This document shows, one piece after another, positions 13,035-24,055 of a DNA stretch of 64,000 nt. The notes beneath the pieces are model-generated. The model had not been told where the DNA came from, searched no databases, and saw only the letters and a program-made list of their open reading frames with translations. The number at the start of each line of letters is the position of its first letter. Position 1 is the first letter of the stretch. The stretch is from Marsupella aquatica (Eukaryota; Plantae; Marchantiophyta): NCBI GenBank assembly GCA_973895155.1, contig OZ316894.1, positions 186,001-250,000 on the forward strand, written 5' to 3'. The position numbers and the translations under genes were made by a program.

Positions 13035-16000
13035 TCATTCGTCTTCAATAGTGTTGTTGTAGAAAAATCCATTCTCCCCCTCAATGTTAGAATCCTGCAT
13101 CAGTTTCTTAAGACTTCGCATCCCTAAGAGGTGAGTTAGTGTTCTATGAGTAGATGGGGGTAGAGATTTTGTTAGGATGTCAGCCAGGTTCTTGTCTCCT
13201 GAAATCCATTGTATGTCGATGTCTTTTCCTTGTTGTTCATGTGAGAAAAAGAACTTGGGTGCAATATGTTTTGTGCGTTCACCTTTTATAAATCCTGATT
13301 TGATTTGAGTGATGCATGACATATTGTCTTCAAATATAGTTGTAGGCATGGTTAAGCGTTGTTTACCTGTTTGAATAAGAATATGGTCTAGTACTTGCCG
13401 TAGCCATAAACATTCTCTAGTAGCCTCATAAAGGGCAATAATTTCTGAATGATTTGAAGAAGTTGTTGCAAGTGTTTGCTTAGTACTTCTCCAAGATATT
13501 GGTGTTGATCCCATTAAGAATATATATCCTGTTTGAGATCTACCGTCATGTGGATCAGAAAGGTATCCCGCGTCAACATATCCTGTCAACTTATGGTTAT
13601 CCTCATTAGGAAAATATAGGCCGAGGTCGGATGTACCATTAAGGTATCTGAAAATTTGTTTTACCCCGTTCCAATGTCTTATAGTGGGCTGAGAACTATG
13701 TCTCGCCAGTAGGTTGACAGAAAATGCTATGTCTGGTCTTGTTTGATTAGATAAAAACATAAGAGCACCGATAGCCGAAAGGTATGGCATATCTGAACCT
13801 AATATAGGTTCGAATTCTTCTCTTTTTCTAAACATATCCTTATCCTTATCAAGGGTACGGATGTCCATGGGGGATTTAACAGGCTTCAACATATTCATTC
13901 TGAATTGTTGTAATATTTTCTTTGTGTAAGTAGTTTGGTGTAAAAGAATGCCTTTTTCCAAATGTTCAAATTGTAGTCCAATGCAATAAGAAGTTCTGCC
14001 CATGTCTCTCATTTCAAATACGCTTTTTAGCGTTTGCATTGACTCATTCATCATCTTTTTCGTACCAAGGAGGTTGAGGTCATCAACATATATAGCGATG
14101 ATTATGAATTCAGGTCCTTCATGCTTTATAAATAAGCAAGGAGCTATTTCGGAATTCTTATATCCCATGGATATCATTTGATTTTTAAATCTTTGGTACC
14201 ATGTACGTCCACTCTGTTTGAGTCCATAAATGGAACTAAGGACTTGAACTGCATACCGAGTCTTTGCTCCGGTTGCCTTATGGTCCTTTCTAGGTTCTTT
14301 TAATGCAATTGCTTTAGAAGCATTGTGGAGTACCAATTTGTTCATATAGTCAAATGATTTTGCACTTTTATCATTGTGCATATGTGGATTATGTTTTGAA
14401 TTTGCATGGAAGTTTACTCTCTCAATGAGTTCAGGCGGGGCTTCCATATAAATCACGTTGTCCAGTTTACCATAAAGGTAAGCAGTAACAACGTCCATTT
14501 GGTGCATTAACAGGTTGTTGTTTATGGCAAATGCTATCAAATAGCGGTATGTGGTGACGTCCATGACCGGTGAGTATGTCAGGTCATAGTTAGTTCCATA
14601 AACTTGTGTGTAGCCTTTAGCAACCAGCCTAGCTTTATATCTTACTATTTCTCCATGTGAGTTTCGCTTTTTAACAAATGTCATCCTATATCCCGTGAGG
14701 TGTTGGTCTGGGGAAGCTACTGTTATAGGTCCAAAGACTTTTCTAGATATCAAGGAGTCTAATTCGGAGTTCATGGCCTTTTGCCATTTGCTCCAATCTA
14801 TTTGTTTTTGTGCTTCGGTCACTGATTTGGGATCTGGTAGGTTGTTAATATCATTTGCAACATGAAGAGCAAATGTGGGATCAGGGTTGATCATCATTCT
14901 ATCTAATATGTGACCAGTGGAGTTATAGTTAATGGCTATCTCTGGTTGGGGTGGTGGCCTAGTATGGTTGGTTGGTGTAGGTGGTCTACGTTTGTTTCTA
15001 GGTTGTTTGTCAACTGCCCCTAGTGGTCTACCTCTTTTGAGTTGTGGGTGTGTGTCAGAGGATAGTCTCTGATCTTGTATGCGGGATGGTGTATTAGCCG
15101 CTGGTATATGGGATTTAGTTACGTTGGTAGCATCAGTAAATGAGTCGGGTAAGGACTCCATGATCTTGGTTAATTGAAGTATCCTATTGACTTCTAGTTC
15201 AGTTTGGTTAGTTCGAGGATCTGGGCAAAGTGCCGGGGAAGCTTGCCATGTGAGTGTTTTGGTGTATGACTTATGTTTTCCCTCTTGCGTGTTAATGGTT
15301 GGGAAAATGTGTTCATAGAAATGGCAATCGCTAAAACGGGCTTTGAATATGTCAGTGGTTGTAGGTTCCATGTATCGTATGATAGATGTTGAGTCAAATC
15401 CTACATAGATGCCTTTCCTCCGTTGTGGTCCCATTTTGGTTCTATTAGGACCTAGTATGGGGACGAGGACTTGGCATCCAAATATTCTTAGGTGTGAGAT
15501 GTTTGGTGGTTGCCCAAAAGCTAGGTGATAAGGTGTGTTGCTGTTAAAGGCTGATGGTCTATAAAGGAGTAGGGTTGCAGCATGTAATACTGCATGGCCC
15601 CATGCTGATGTTGGGAGTGATGATTGCATTAATAGTGGTCTAGCAATCAGCTGTATGCGTTTAATAAGTGACTCCGCTAGTCCATTCTGGAAGTGGACAT
15701 GAGGTACATTATGTTGGGAGTCAATGCCATTTATTGTGCAAAATTCGTCAAAGGTTCTAGAAGTGAATTCACCAGCTCCATCGGTTCTAAGGGTTCTAAT
15801 TGGATTTTCAGGGAATTGTGACCTTAGTCTTAGGATGTGTGTAAGGATTCTTGGGAAGACTAGGTTTCGGGTTGATAATAAGGATACTCTGGACCACTTA
15901 GAACTGGCGTCTATCACTACCAAGAAGTATCGAAATGGTCCACTTGGTGGGTCTATTGGTCCACATACGTCCGCATGGAGTCTCTCAAGGAATGCGGGGA

Positions 16001-17093
16001 TATGGTTTTCGGTTTTTGGGATGGAGGGGGCTGTAATCATCTTGCCCTGGGAGCAGGCGATGCATGGTTTTTGGAATGACCTTGGGTGACAGGTCTTTGG
16101 TATTCCTGTTGAGTTGTTGACTATCCTATGGAACATGCTGGTTCCTGGGTGTCCCAATCTCATGTGCCATGTCTCGGTGATATCTTTGGTTTCTACCCCT
16201 AGGTTGTAACTTTGGTTTTGGGTGATGTAGAACCCTGAAGGGTGGGGAGAGATGGTTTCTCTAATGATTATCCCTCCTTCTGAGTGTGATGTTAGTTGCA
16301 ATACTTCTTGTGAGTTTTGGGTATTTGTTTGGATATGGTAGTTGTTGGCTCTAATATCTTGGAAACTTAAAAGGTTCCTTCTTGCTTTGGGGGCATATAT
16401 GGCAGATGGGCATCTGATTATAGTGCCTCCCGGAAGAGTTAAGGTAGCTCTTCCGTGGCCTTCTTCTATTTGGCTTTCTCCGGTTATGGTGATGATTTGC
16501 CTTTGTGAGGGGATAATTTCGTGGAAATATTTTCTATCTCGGAGGATAGTGTGTGATGTTGCGCTGTCTATGATGGATACATCTATATCCTCTAGGTCCA
16601 TTGGGGGGTCTACCATATGAATTTCTGGTATAATCTCAGGTGATTCAAGGTAAACTCCATGGGTTTCATATTTTGATCCATCCAAACTTTGCTTGTAGAG
16701 TTTCACAAGATGGGCTGGGGCATGGCATACCTTTTGGGTGTGACCTTTTGTACCGCACCTGAAGCATGTGATTGAGCTGTTTGAGTTGTTTCTTGGCTTC
16801 TCTTGGTAGTTGTTGCGGCCTCGTTTCCATGTGTTCCTTCCTTGGGAGTTGTTTCTTCCACGGCCCCTTCCTCGGTTGCTGAATCTGCTGGATCCTCCTC
16901 TGTAGGAGTAGTTTGATCGTCCTCGCATCATTCCTCTTCCCCTATATGAGCCTCTCCCCCTGAATTTACTTGTATTTCTATCATAAGGTGTGGTCATGTT
17001 AGCTTCTTTTTGTTTCTCGTTTATAATTAAGTTCGTCTCGGTGGTAGCAGGTATGGGGAGTGTACCCGGGGGTCTTTCCTTTGCATTTGTCAT
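13035..17093 (-). CDS. pol: Copia polyprotein: zinc knuckle, protease, GAG-pre-integrase/integrase, RT, RNase H (1352 aa)
   Basis: CFRCGTKGH, IIDSATSH, WHMRLGHP, TDGAGEF, YKARLVAKG, YGLKQSGR, YVDD, GYVDAGY, NLADILTK. Confidence 0.93.
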   Translation of the reverse strand: MTNAKERPPGTLPIPATTETNLIINEKQKEANMTTPYDRNTSKFRGRGSYRGRGMMRGRSNYSYRGGSSRFSNRGRGRGRNNSQGRNTWKRGRNNYQEKPRNNSNSSITCFRCGTKGHTQKVCHAPAHLVKLYKQSLDGSKYETHGVYLESPEIIPEIHMVDPPMDLEDIDVSIIDSATSHTILRDRKYFHEIIPSQRQIITITGESQIEEGHGRATLTLPGGTIIRCPSAIYAPKARRNLLSFQDIRANNYHIQTNTQNSQEVLQLTSHSEGGIIIRETISPHPSGFYITQNQSYNLGVETKDITETWHMRLGHPGTSMFHRIVNNSTGIPKTCHPRSFQKPCIACSQGKMITAPSIPKTENHIPAFLERLHADVCGPIDPPSGPFRYFLVVIDASSKWSRVSLLSTRNLVFPRILTHILRLRSQFPENPIRTLRTDGAGEFTSRTFDEFCTINGIDSQHNVPHVHFQNGLAESLIKRIQLIARPLLMQSSLPTSAWGHAVLHAATLLLYRPSAFNSNTPYHLAFGQPPNISHLRIFGCQVLVPILGPNRTKMGPQRRKGIYVGFDSTSIIRYMEPTTTDIFKARFSDCHFYEHIFPTINTQEGKHKSYTKTLTWQASPALCPDPRTNQTELEVNRILQLTKIMESLPDSFTDATNVTKSHIPAANTPSRIQDQRLSSDTHPQLKRGRPLGAVDKQPRNKRRPPTPTNHTRPPPQPEIAINYNSTGHILDRMMINPDPTFALHVANDINNLPDPKSVTEAQKQIDWSKWQKAMNSELDSLISRKVFGPITVASPDQHLTGYRMTFVKKRNSHGEIVRYKARLVAKGYTQVYGTNYDLTYSPVMDVTTYRYLIAFAINNNLLMHQMDVVTAYLYGKLDNVIYMEAPPELIERVNFHANSKHNPHMHNDKSAKSFDYMNKLVLHNASKAIALKEPRKDHKATGAKTRYAVQVLSSIYGLKQSGRTWYQRFKNQMISMGYKNSEIAPCLFIKHEGPEFIIIAIYVDDLNLLGTKKMMNESMQTLKSVFEMRDMGRTSYCIGLQFEHLEKGILLHQTTYTKKILQQFRMNMLKPVKSPMDIRTLDKDKDMFRKREEFEPILGSDMPYLSAIGALMFLSNQTRPDIAFSVNLLARHSSQPTIRHWNGVKQIFRYLNGTSDLGLYFPNEDNHKLTGYVDAGYLSDPHDGRSQTGYIFLMGSTPISWRSTKQTLATTSSNHSEIIALYEATRECLWLRQVLDHILIQTGKQRLTMPTTIFEDNMSCITQIKSGFIKGERTKHIAPKFFFSHEQQGKDIDIQWISGDKNLADILTKSLPPSTHRTLTHLLGMRSLKKLMQDSNIEGENGFFYNNTIEDE

Positions 17094-17106
17094 GAGTAGG
17101 ATTGAG

Positions 17107-17640
17107 TTAATTTTGTTCTGCCAAGAGCATGTGTGCTATTAATGTTGAGTATTTAGTGAATGCCATATTTCTATACTGGTTTGAGATTACTAAGTTTGTA
17201 GGGTGAAATGTTGCTAGTGTCTTTTCGATTTGTTGTTTATCATTCACTGGTTCACCGCACATTTGGAGTTCGTTCGAGATGCGGAACATCTCGCTGTTGT
17301 ATAAGTCTACCGTTTTGAAATCTTGCACTCTTAAGGTTACCCATGCTTGTAGCGTGTTTGGTAAGTTTATAGTTGTTATGTGTTCAAATCTCTCTTTCAA
17401 TGCATTCCATAGGAGCCTTGGGTTGTATATCGTCTTGTATTGTTGTTTTAATGGTTCTACTAAGTGGTGTCTTAGTAGGACTAATGCTTGTGCCTTCTGG
17501 TATTGATCCACCCCAATATCCGTATGTCTGGTTTCTGGGATCCTCTTTGCCGTGAGGTTGACCTCCACGTCTATTGTCCAATCATTGTAGTTCTTCCCGT
17601 CAATTCTTAGTGCTGGGAATAACAGTTTCTCCATTGCCAT
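17107..17640 (-). CDS. gag: Copia gag N-terminal (capsid) part, out of frame with the downstream ORF
   Basis: MAMEKLLFPALRIDGKNYNDWTIDVE...LWNALKERF...MLLAEQN; frame break near 17100. Confidence 0.8.
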   Translation of the reverse strand: MAMEKLLFPALRIDGKNYNDWTIDVEVNLTAKRIPETRHTDIGVDQYQKAQALVLLRHHLVEPLKQQYKTIYNPRLLWNALKERFEHITTINLPNTLQAWVTLRVQDFKTVDLYNSEMFRISNELQMCGEPVNDKQQIEKTLATFHPTNLVISNQYRNMAFTKYSTLIAHMLLAEQN

Positions 17641-18920
17641 CTTGGGGCTAATATGGGCTCGTGAGGTGTCGGGTGGGTATAAGTTTCTATTGTGCACTTA
17701 TTGTGGTTTGTAATCACTGGGAATGGAGTTTTGCACTTAGCTGTTTTTGTGTGGTATTTCTTCGATGGTAGACTTGTCCTTATGGTCTCGGGCAGATCGT
17801 CTTTGTTTGCTCACGGGGAGGAGCTCCTCCTTTGATTCGTCTTCTCGGTCTCCCGGTTCTCTTTCTGATTCTTCCTAGTTTCGTTCTTATGGGTCTCCGT
17901 TCGAATTTGGTTCAATGGGGTCGATCGTTCTTACGCCGTCTTATCATCTCTGGGTAATTCGTGAATCGTTTGCTGCTGTTCTGCTGGTCAATTGCTCAAG
18001 GCACCATTTTCCTTTTGATTGTTGTTCCGTGTTTCCTTCTTGTTTGTTTCGCTCGGGCCTGAGTGCAGATTGTGCTCCTGTCCTTATGAGTCCCCTTGCT
18101 TCCCTGCAGCTTTCTTTTGGTATCTACTTTTCTTCAGGTCTTGTCCCAGTATTGTTAGATTCTTTCTTCTTCGGTGGGGGGAATTGGGAATCGCTGCTTT
18201 TCGTTTTCTTCAATATAGCGTTTCTGAATCTGGAGATTCGTGTGTTTCGATTTTGAGTAATTACGATCGGATCCTGGTCCGGGCCTCGATTTTCTTCTTT
18301 TCCCTTCCAACGAGTTCCAGCTCTTGTTTATGGCTGAGGCTATTCTACGTTCCTCTCCAGGTCCTGATCTTTGCTTTACCTTCGGGTTCGCGCTCCCTTC
18401 TATTGATTTCTCAATTTCTCTTATCTGTTTTTCAATTTCCCGTGTTCGTGGTTACTCCCAGATCGGTCTCTCCTGCTCTGCTGTCAATGTCTGTGTGACA
18501 TCAGGTTTCGATCTGCGCTGGCCTGTCCTCCTTTGCTTTCTTTACTTTGTTTCTTTGATTACGACATTCCTTCTTGTCTGCTTCAATTTTGTCTTTCTCT
18601 CTTGTTTCCTTTCGTTTCAATTCATTTGCATTAGGCTGCGGTTGGCCCTTCGTGTTTCTGTTTTCCTTCTGTCTCTCAGGTCCTCTCCTATTATGTCAGT
18701 GTCCTTTTAATTCTCGCCTTTTGCTCGCTGGCTCACGAGATCTCTTGATGGTGGTCTATCGTTCTCAAGCCATAGACAAACCGGGAGCCCATATTGTTCT
18801 ACTCGAGGTTTCTATCGAGAAATGGCCCTCAAATGTGGCCAAAAGTGCTCAACTTTTGGGAAAAACTCTTCGGATCTCCCCTTATGGTTTAGCACCTCTT
18901 CGTGAAAAAAAATTTGCATT

Positions 18921-18933
18921 CGTGCTGATAACG
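18921..18933 (-). promoter_or_regulatory. Bianca-type primer binding site
   Basis: CGTTATCAGCACG directly inside the 5' LTR on the minus strand. Confidence 0.75.
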
Positions 18934-19068
18934 TGTTGCAAACCATATACTCCAACAATGTAATGAATCTTATTCATGTGTCCAATATATATACATGAGG
19001 TAGTTGAGTTAGATCTTGGTTAGATCTTAACTCGGGTTAAGATATCTAATCCTAGTTAGGGTATAACA
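18934..19068 (-). repeat. Bianca 5' LTR (135 bp)
   Basis: Identical to 12533-12667. Confidence 0.95.
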
Positions 19069-19552
19069 GAGGCATATATTTACCTCAATTCTGCCGATGA
19101 TGGCTGCTAGTGAGTGATTTGAGTCAATGTTCAACCCTTTGATCCTCTTCAGACCTCCTTCGCACTCTTTCCCGAAGTACCCGTCATCATCAGGAATACT
19201 TCAGACCCTAATAAAACTTGCAGCTTCATTGCCCTCCTTTTTGCGCTCATTCCCCTTGCTCATGCTCGGATTTGAATGTCATCCGCGAAGCTTCAGACGC
19301 AAATTAAATCTGCAGCTTGATTGGCTGTTTGGCAGAGCTTCAGGTAAACCCTACCCTCCTTTTTTCATGAGCTCATTCCCCATGCTTTGAAGGCAACACA
19401 AATTAGAACATCTTGAATCTCACATCATTGCACGACTGCTCTTGAATGAATTCTCACAGAGGCATCCATCTTGTGCTTCACGAGGCTAAGTATGGACCTT
19501 TGCGCTCGGCTTCGCTACTTTCTGAACAAATTGTAGCTCGCGCCTAAGTGAG

Positions 19553-19797
19553 AAGGACTCTCACTCCTAGATTTTGAAAATTCCCTGCGGAACTAGTAGC
19601 GCCGACGACATTCTCCCACAGAACTAGTTGTCCAACTGTAAATTACATGTCGGGACAAAAAATGAGTTTCCCCAAAGGACTTTGACTCCTTGTTTTTGAA
19701 AAGTCCTCCACGCAGAACTAATAGCGCCAGCACTCTCCTAGAGAACCGGTTGTCCTTCACTCATAAATTATAGTTGCGACAAGAAAGGGGTTACCTC
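19553..19797. repeat. Degenerate tandem duplication, two units of ~120 bp
   Basis: Each unit reads AAGGACT..ACTCCT..TTTTGAAAA..GAACTA(G/A)TAGCGCC..GTTGTCC..TAAATTA..GACAA. Confidence 0.75.
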
Positions 19798-20003
19798 GGG
19801 AGCTGAAATACTAATGAATGTGTCTTATACGCATTTGATTTGTTTAAGTCCTTTTTGACTTTAGATGTGCCAATCTTGGCCGTTGACAGTCCTTTGGATT
19901 AGTGAAAGGACTGGAGACTTTTTGCCTCCTTTGGTAGTCCTCAATCATGCAATCCACCATCTACATTCGCTTTACAAGCAGATCATGTATGTACAAGTTT
20001 TGC

Positions 20004-21241
20004 CTACCTTCTACTGTTTAACGTGAATTTCAAAGTCTTTGAGATGCAAAATGACTTCAAAGTGTCCACTATATCAGCTGAAAAATCCTCATATAGTTTC
20101 ATCCACATTGGCTTTGGCTTCAAGTCCTCTATTCCAGCAACCGCTTCAGATGGGCACTGTTCAAATCTTACAGCTTGGTGCTTTTCTCCACAGTCATCCT
20201 TCACATAGGTGATGGTCCATGCGTGACTCATCACCTATTTGCAAATTTCTTTTTTCTTCTGCTCATTGCCGTTGCAGGACTCCTTGAAGGACTGTCCTGA
20301 TATTCCCATCAGCTCCAACCCATTAGCTTCATTAACCTGGATCACATGATCATCAACCTGGATAGCAAAACAATACATATACGTGCCACTCCCATCTTCA
20401 CAACACGCATGCTCCACTCGACTGCGAGAATGAGGACCAGTGGAGACTCCAGATTCTGCCTATTAGTCGGCGTTTGTGCTTTCCCAATGCACAAGGCCAA
20501 CCATCCTTCAGCAACACACCACAACCTTCGTACACATAGTCCCCACATATCCTCAATCTTGACTTTGTTGAGAATGCAAAAAGAGCCTTCCTTGTCCATC
20601 TGGGAAGAAACAACACAATTAGGATCGTACAAAATCAATACAGATCATAACGAGTAGCAGTATGGCAAAATAATGATACACACTGCGTGGCGGAATGGCA
20701 AACTACTGAACATGTGACATCAAAAGGCAGAATGGCAGAAAGCACGGGCTGATTTAGGACCTTGACTCCTTGCAAAGGTCAGACTGGAGTCGACCAGTTC
20801 TTGGAGAAGGACTTTGAGCAAGACTCAAAGGATTGGAAGCGGACTGGAAGTCCTTGTATAAGGACTGTATATGAGGACTCTCAGTCCTTCGACAAGGACT
20901 GAGAGTCCTTCAATAAGGATGGCAAGTTGCTCGATAAGGACTTTAAGTCCTTGGAGCAGGACTAGAGCCAGAGGAGATGTCCTCGGGAAGGAGGGGAGTC
21001 CTTGGACGCTCCTTGAGATGGGTCCTTTGAAGGACCATGACTCCTTGGCGGAGGACTATGAGTACTTCCCCAATGACTGAAGTCCTTCTACAAGAATTGT
21101 CAGTCCTTGGTGAAGAATGACGCCCTTGGAGTCTAGCATTCAGCCAAAAATCAATGTATCCAAAAAAGTCTAGCAGTCCACAATCAATGTATCCAAAAAA
21201 GTGGACGGTCCATGTGTTACCTTTCCACCTCGATCAGCCAT
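20004..21241 (-). pseudogene. RPA70 C-terminal (zinc-ribbon OB fold)-like gene, degraded; putative exons 21241-21221 and 20599-20004
   Basis: GDYVYEGC..DGWPC...YMYCFAIQVDD...GLELMGISGQSF resembles plant RPA70 DBD-C (FCYTAC..GDRPC...YRYILQLQIQD...GEEIMGISAKDL). Donor AAG|GTAAC at 21220, acceptor cccAG|ATG at 20600. Frameshifts and a stop at 20235-20237. Confidence 0.55.
20755..21110. repeat. Second, more degenerate AGGACT/AGTCCT repeat tract, in the putative intron of the RPA-like gene
   Basis: Repeated AGGACT-N(2-5)-AGTCCT units (e.g. AGGACTCTCAGTCCTT, AGGACTGAGAGTCCTT) at ~21-bp spacing. Confidence 0.75.
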
Positions 21242-21424
21242 TTAGAAAAGTGTATTGCGCCGGCCACAAGTTGATTGCAACACAAAACAACAACAAAAAA
21301 AAGTTATAATTAAACACCAACTACTTATAATATGACACATTTCTTGCTGCAAGGAGTGCTGCATCATGGATAAAGAAAATTCACACCAATCAGAATGGGC
21401 CATTGTTAGCTTGCAACGCCATGT

Positions 21425-23585
21425 TCAAGGAAGCCGCAATCTCTTTTTGGACCTGGCTCTTGGTGCAGAGGATTTCAGAACAATTTCCGAATGGACACAT
21501 TGTGGGTTGGGATGTTCACGGACAACTACATCCTGGTCAACAAGCTCTAACATATCTCTGAAGGAAACCTGAGAAAGGGACTCTGGGCTAAAGGGCATTG
21601 TGCGTAGCTCTGGACTCCTCAAAGGTGTACTTAGCACCTTCCTCAATGATTCCACAGCCCTTGTTCTTTTCCCCAATTCCCCTCCCTCAATCTTGGGTGT
21701 CAAAAGCCTCCCTTTGGAGGCTTCTTTGTTATCATGTTCCCCTAATTCGTCTCCCGGTTCGAGTATCACTGGAGTTGCCTCCAAAGCACTTACAACCATT
21801 TCACCTTCAGCATAGACGTTTGCCTGAATGCACGGTCGCAAACAACGAAACTGGAGAATCAGCAACATTTATTGGAAAATCTGTACATAGTCTAACTTAG
21901 ATCGATACCATGAAATTAGTGTAGAAAACAGCATACAAACAATAAACTAAGCGCAAACATATTTAAGTTCTGTGCATGAATTTATCATGCATCACTCGTC
22001 CAAATGTACATACCCTTTCTTGCACACATTGGATTTTCTCTACAAGCTTTCTTCTTTTGAGAAGATCAACACTCTGCTTCCCGTAGTAGATTGCTTTCAT
22101 GTGGTCTATGTAAGTTACTCGCCTTTGTTCCCCATGCGTGGGTAAGCCCCATGTTTGTAGCCAATCATCGGAGAACACGACCCGGCAGGCCAAACACTTA
22201 GGAGCACCGTCTGAACCACCAATCAAAGAAAACAAACAGCTCGGATGATAGGTGTGCCCGCACGATGCTGACATCCAATTGTAACAATGATACCCATTGC
22301 AACAAACTGGACAACTAGATACTGAAATTTGGCTTGCCACTACACGAGTAAGTGTTGGAACAAAGGTGGGCCTCAAGAGTGGACACGGATAACGCAATGT
22401 CCTCTCCAGAGTTGAGTACTCAGACTTTTGCGCTGCCTCTGTCAAGTCGAGTTGCTTCAGGTCTACCTCCACTGCTGTTGCCAGTTTTTTCAATCGGACC
22501 ACCATCGTTGACAATGATTGAAACCGCTTCAGGTCGGCCGCAATGAGGTCATTCACCTTCACCATATCCTGGTCAATGGTATCTTGGCGCAACTTTGACT
22601 CCAGAATTTTCTGTCTTTCCGTCTGTATCAGCTTCTCCAGGATAGATGTGTAATCCATACCCTGCAATCATGGTAAACAACGAGCTATAGTAAGACTAGA
22701 TCCAATGCTCAATACTGGATAAGGGACTTGTTACAATGTTCCCGCATGATTAAATGTCCAATGCAAATCAAGTGTGAATATACCTCATTTGCAACGCCTG
22801 AAACCTCGTCTTCCTTGTTTGCCTCCATCTCAAGCTCTAAAGTGAGGTCGTCAACTTCTTTGTCTGCAGACTCTACCCCCTCGCGCAATTGAACCAGATC
22901 CAACTCCATAGACTTCAACTGGTTCTTTAGCTTTGCCACGGTTGTTGGATGATCTTGTTCAGCTGCCTCTAGCAGCTTCAAACTCGCCGCAATCTTTGCA
23001 GCATCCAACATAGCCTCCCGTTTCTGGCTCCTTGTCAACAACAATGTTGAGTCAAGCATCGATAGCATGAGTCTAGTAGGCTTAGCTTGAGGAATGGGCC
23101 CCTTCGGCATAGTGGAACCTTTGGGATATCACACATTTTGTGTGGTATGATGGCTGTACATACCGCATTGACTAATCCAACCTCCCCAATATTGTCAACG
23201 GTTGCACCCGCTGCTGCATTATCCCAAAAGTTGGAGACATCTGCTTCCGTGGATTTTGGCTTCACAATTTCAGATTCCTTCTGAGTCTGTGGCTCATACT
23301 CTTTCTCCATAGTACGTTTGAAGAAACGAGGCTTCCTAACACAAGGGGGCCCATCAGGCCTACCTTTTCTCTCTCTTTCCCATTGGATAATCTGTCCCTT
23401 TAGCTTGGATGATGCATATGCGGCCCAATTTACTTTCCGATGGAGAACATACTCAACGTAAGCACCTTTCACAAAGGAATGAGCCAAAATACCATTGACT
23501 GGCTTATCTTACCCATCCACAACTTGAGACAAATGCAACAAGTCTGCAATGGGGATCATCACTGAGCTATTTAATCTGTAACCAT
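21425..23585 (-). pseudogene. 3' part of an intron-containing gene: plant-transposon-protein-like domain, coiled coil, RING-H2 (split by element B)
   Basis: RING-H2 CPVC..CGHTYHPSC..CLAC at ~22180-22316. Phase-0 intron 22783-22662 and a further intron near 22012-21851. HSFVKGAYVE..KVNWAAYA. Internal stop and frameshift. Confidence 0.75.
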
Positions 23586-23951
23586 TGTGACGCTGCCGGT
23601 ACGACGAGTAATGAATGATTCCGTCTAAACCAGGTTTAGCACGTGCGTTAGGGGTATCTTAGGCCGCTATCATTAGCATAACGACAGTATTTAGGTAGCC
23701 ATTATGAGTAGGAAATCATTAGTCAATAAAGGGGATTCATGTTCGGGCTGGCGGCGCGTCGCTATTCGCACGCCCAGGTTGCGATCATGTAATGGGCCCC
23801 TTGCCCCCCCTCGGGTCCGTATAACAAACTTTGGGAGGCGGCCACTGTCACGCGCTGACTCGGACCGGCGGAGTGGCCGGTACACTGCAAGCGTGAGAGG
23901 TTTGGCCTATAAGCAACGAGGAGGCTTCGGGCAATCGATGAGCTCTCAGGG

Positions 23952-23958
23952 TATAAAA
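23952..23958 (+). promoter_or_regulatory. TATA box in the B LTR, ~100 bp upstream of the LTR ORF
   Basis: GGGTATAAAAGGG, conserved at 47531-47537 in the 3' LTR, followed by a CT-rich tract and the ATG. Confidence 0.6.
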
Positions 23959-24055
23959 GGGGGCCGATCCTTTTCAAGTGCACCAGTCATTCAGTCCACG
24001 TGCCAGCTTCGACCCCAGCTCTCTCCCTTCTAGTCGTCACTGCTTTCTCCTCTGA

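Larger units (their letters stand above)
12533..19068 (-). mobile_element. Ty1/copia LTR retrotransposon, Bianca-type, recent insertion
   Basis: Identical 135-bp TG...CA LTRs, TSD GAGGC (12528-12532 and 19069-19073), PBS CGTTATCAGCACG, PPT AAGGGGGAG, order gag-PR-IN-RT-RH, integrase motif LERLHADVCGPIDPPSGPFRYF. Confidence 0.95.

Noticed and set aside
17915-18963. Hydrophobic plus-strand ORFs resembling an env or membrane protein
   Set aside because: They are antisense to the purine-rich 5' leader of the Bianca element; F/L/S richness follows from base composition.
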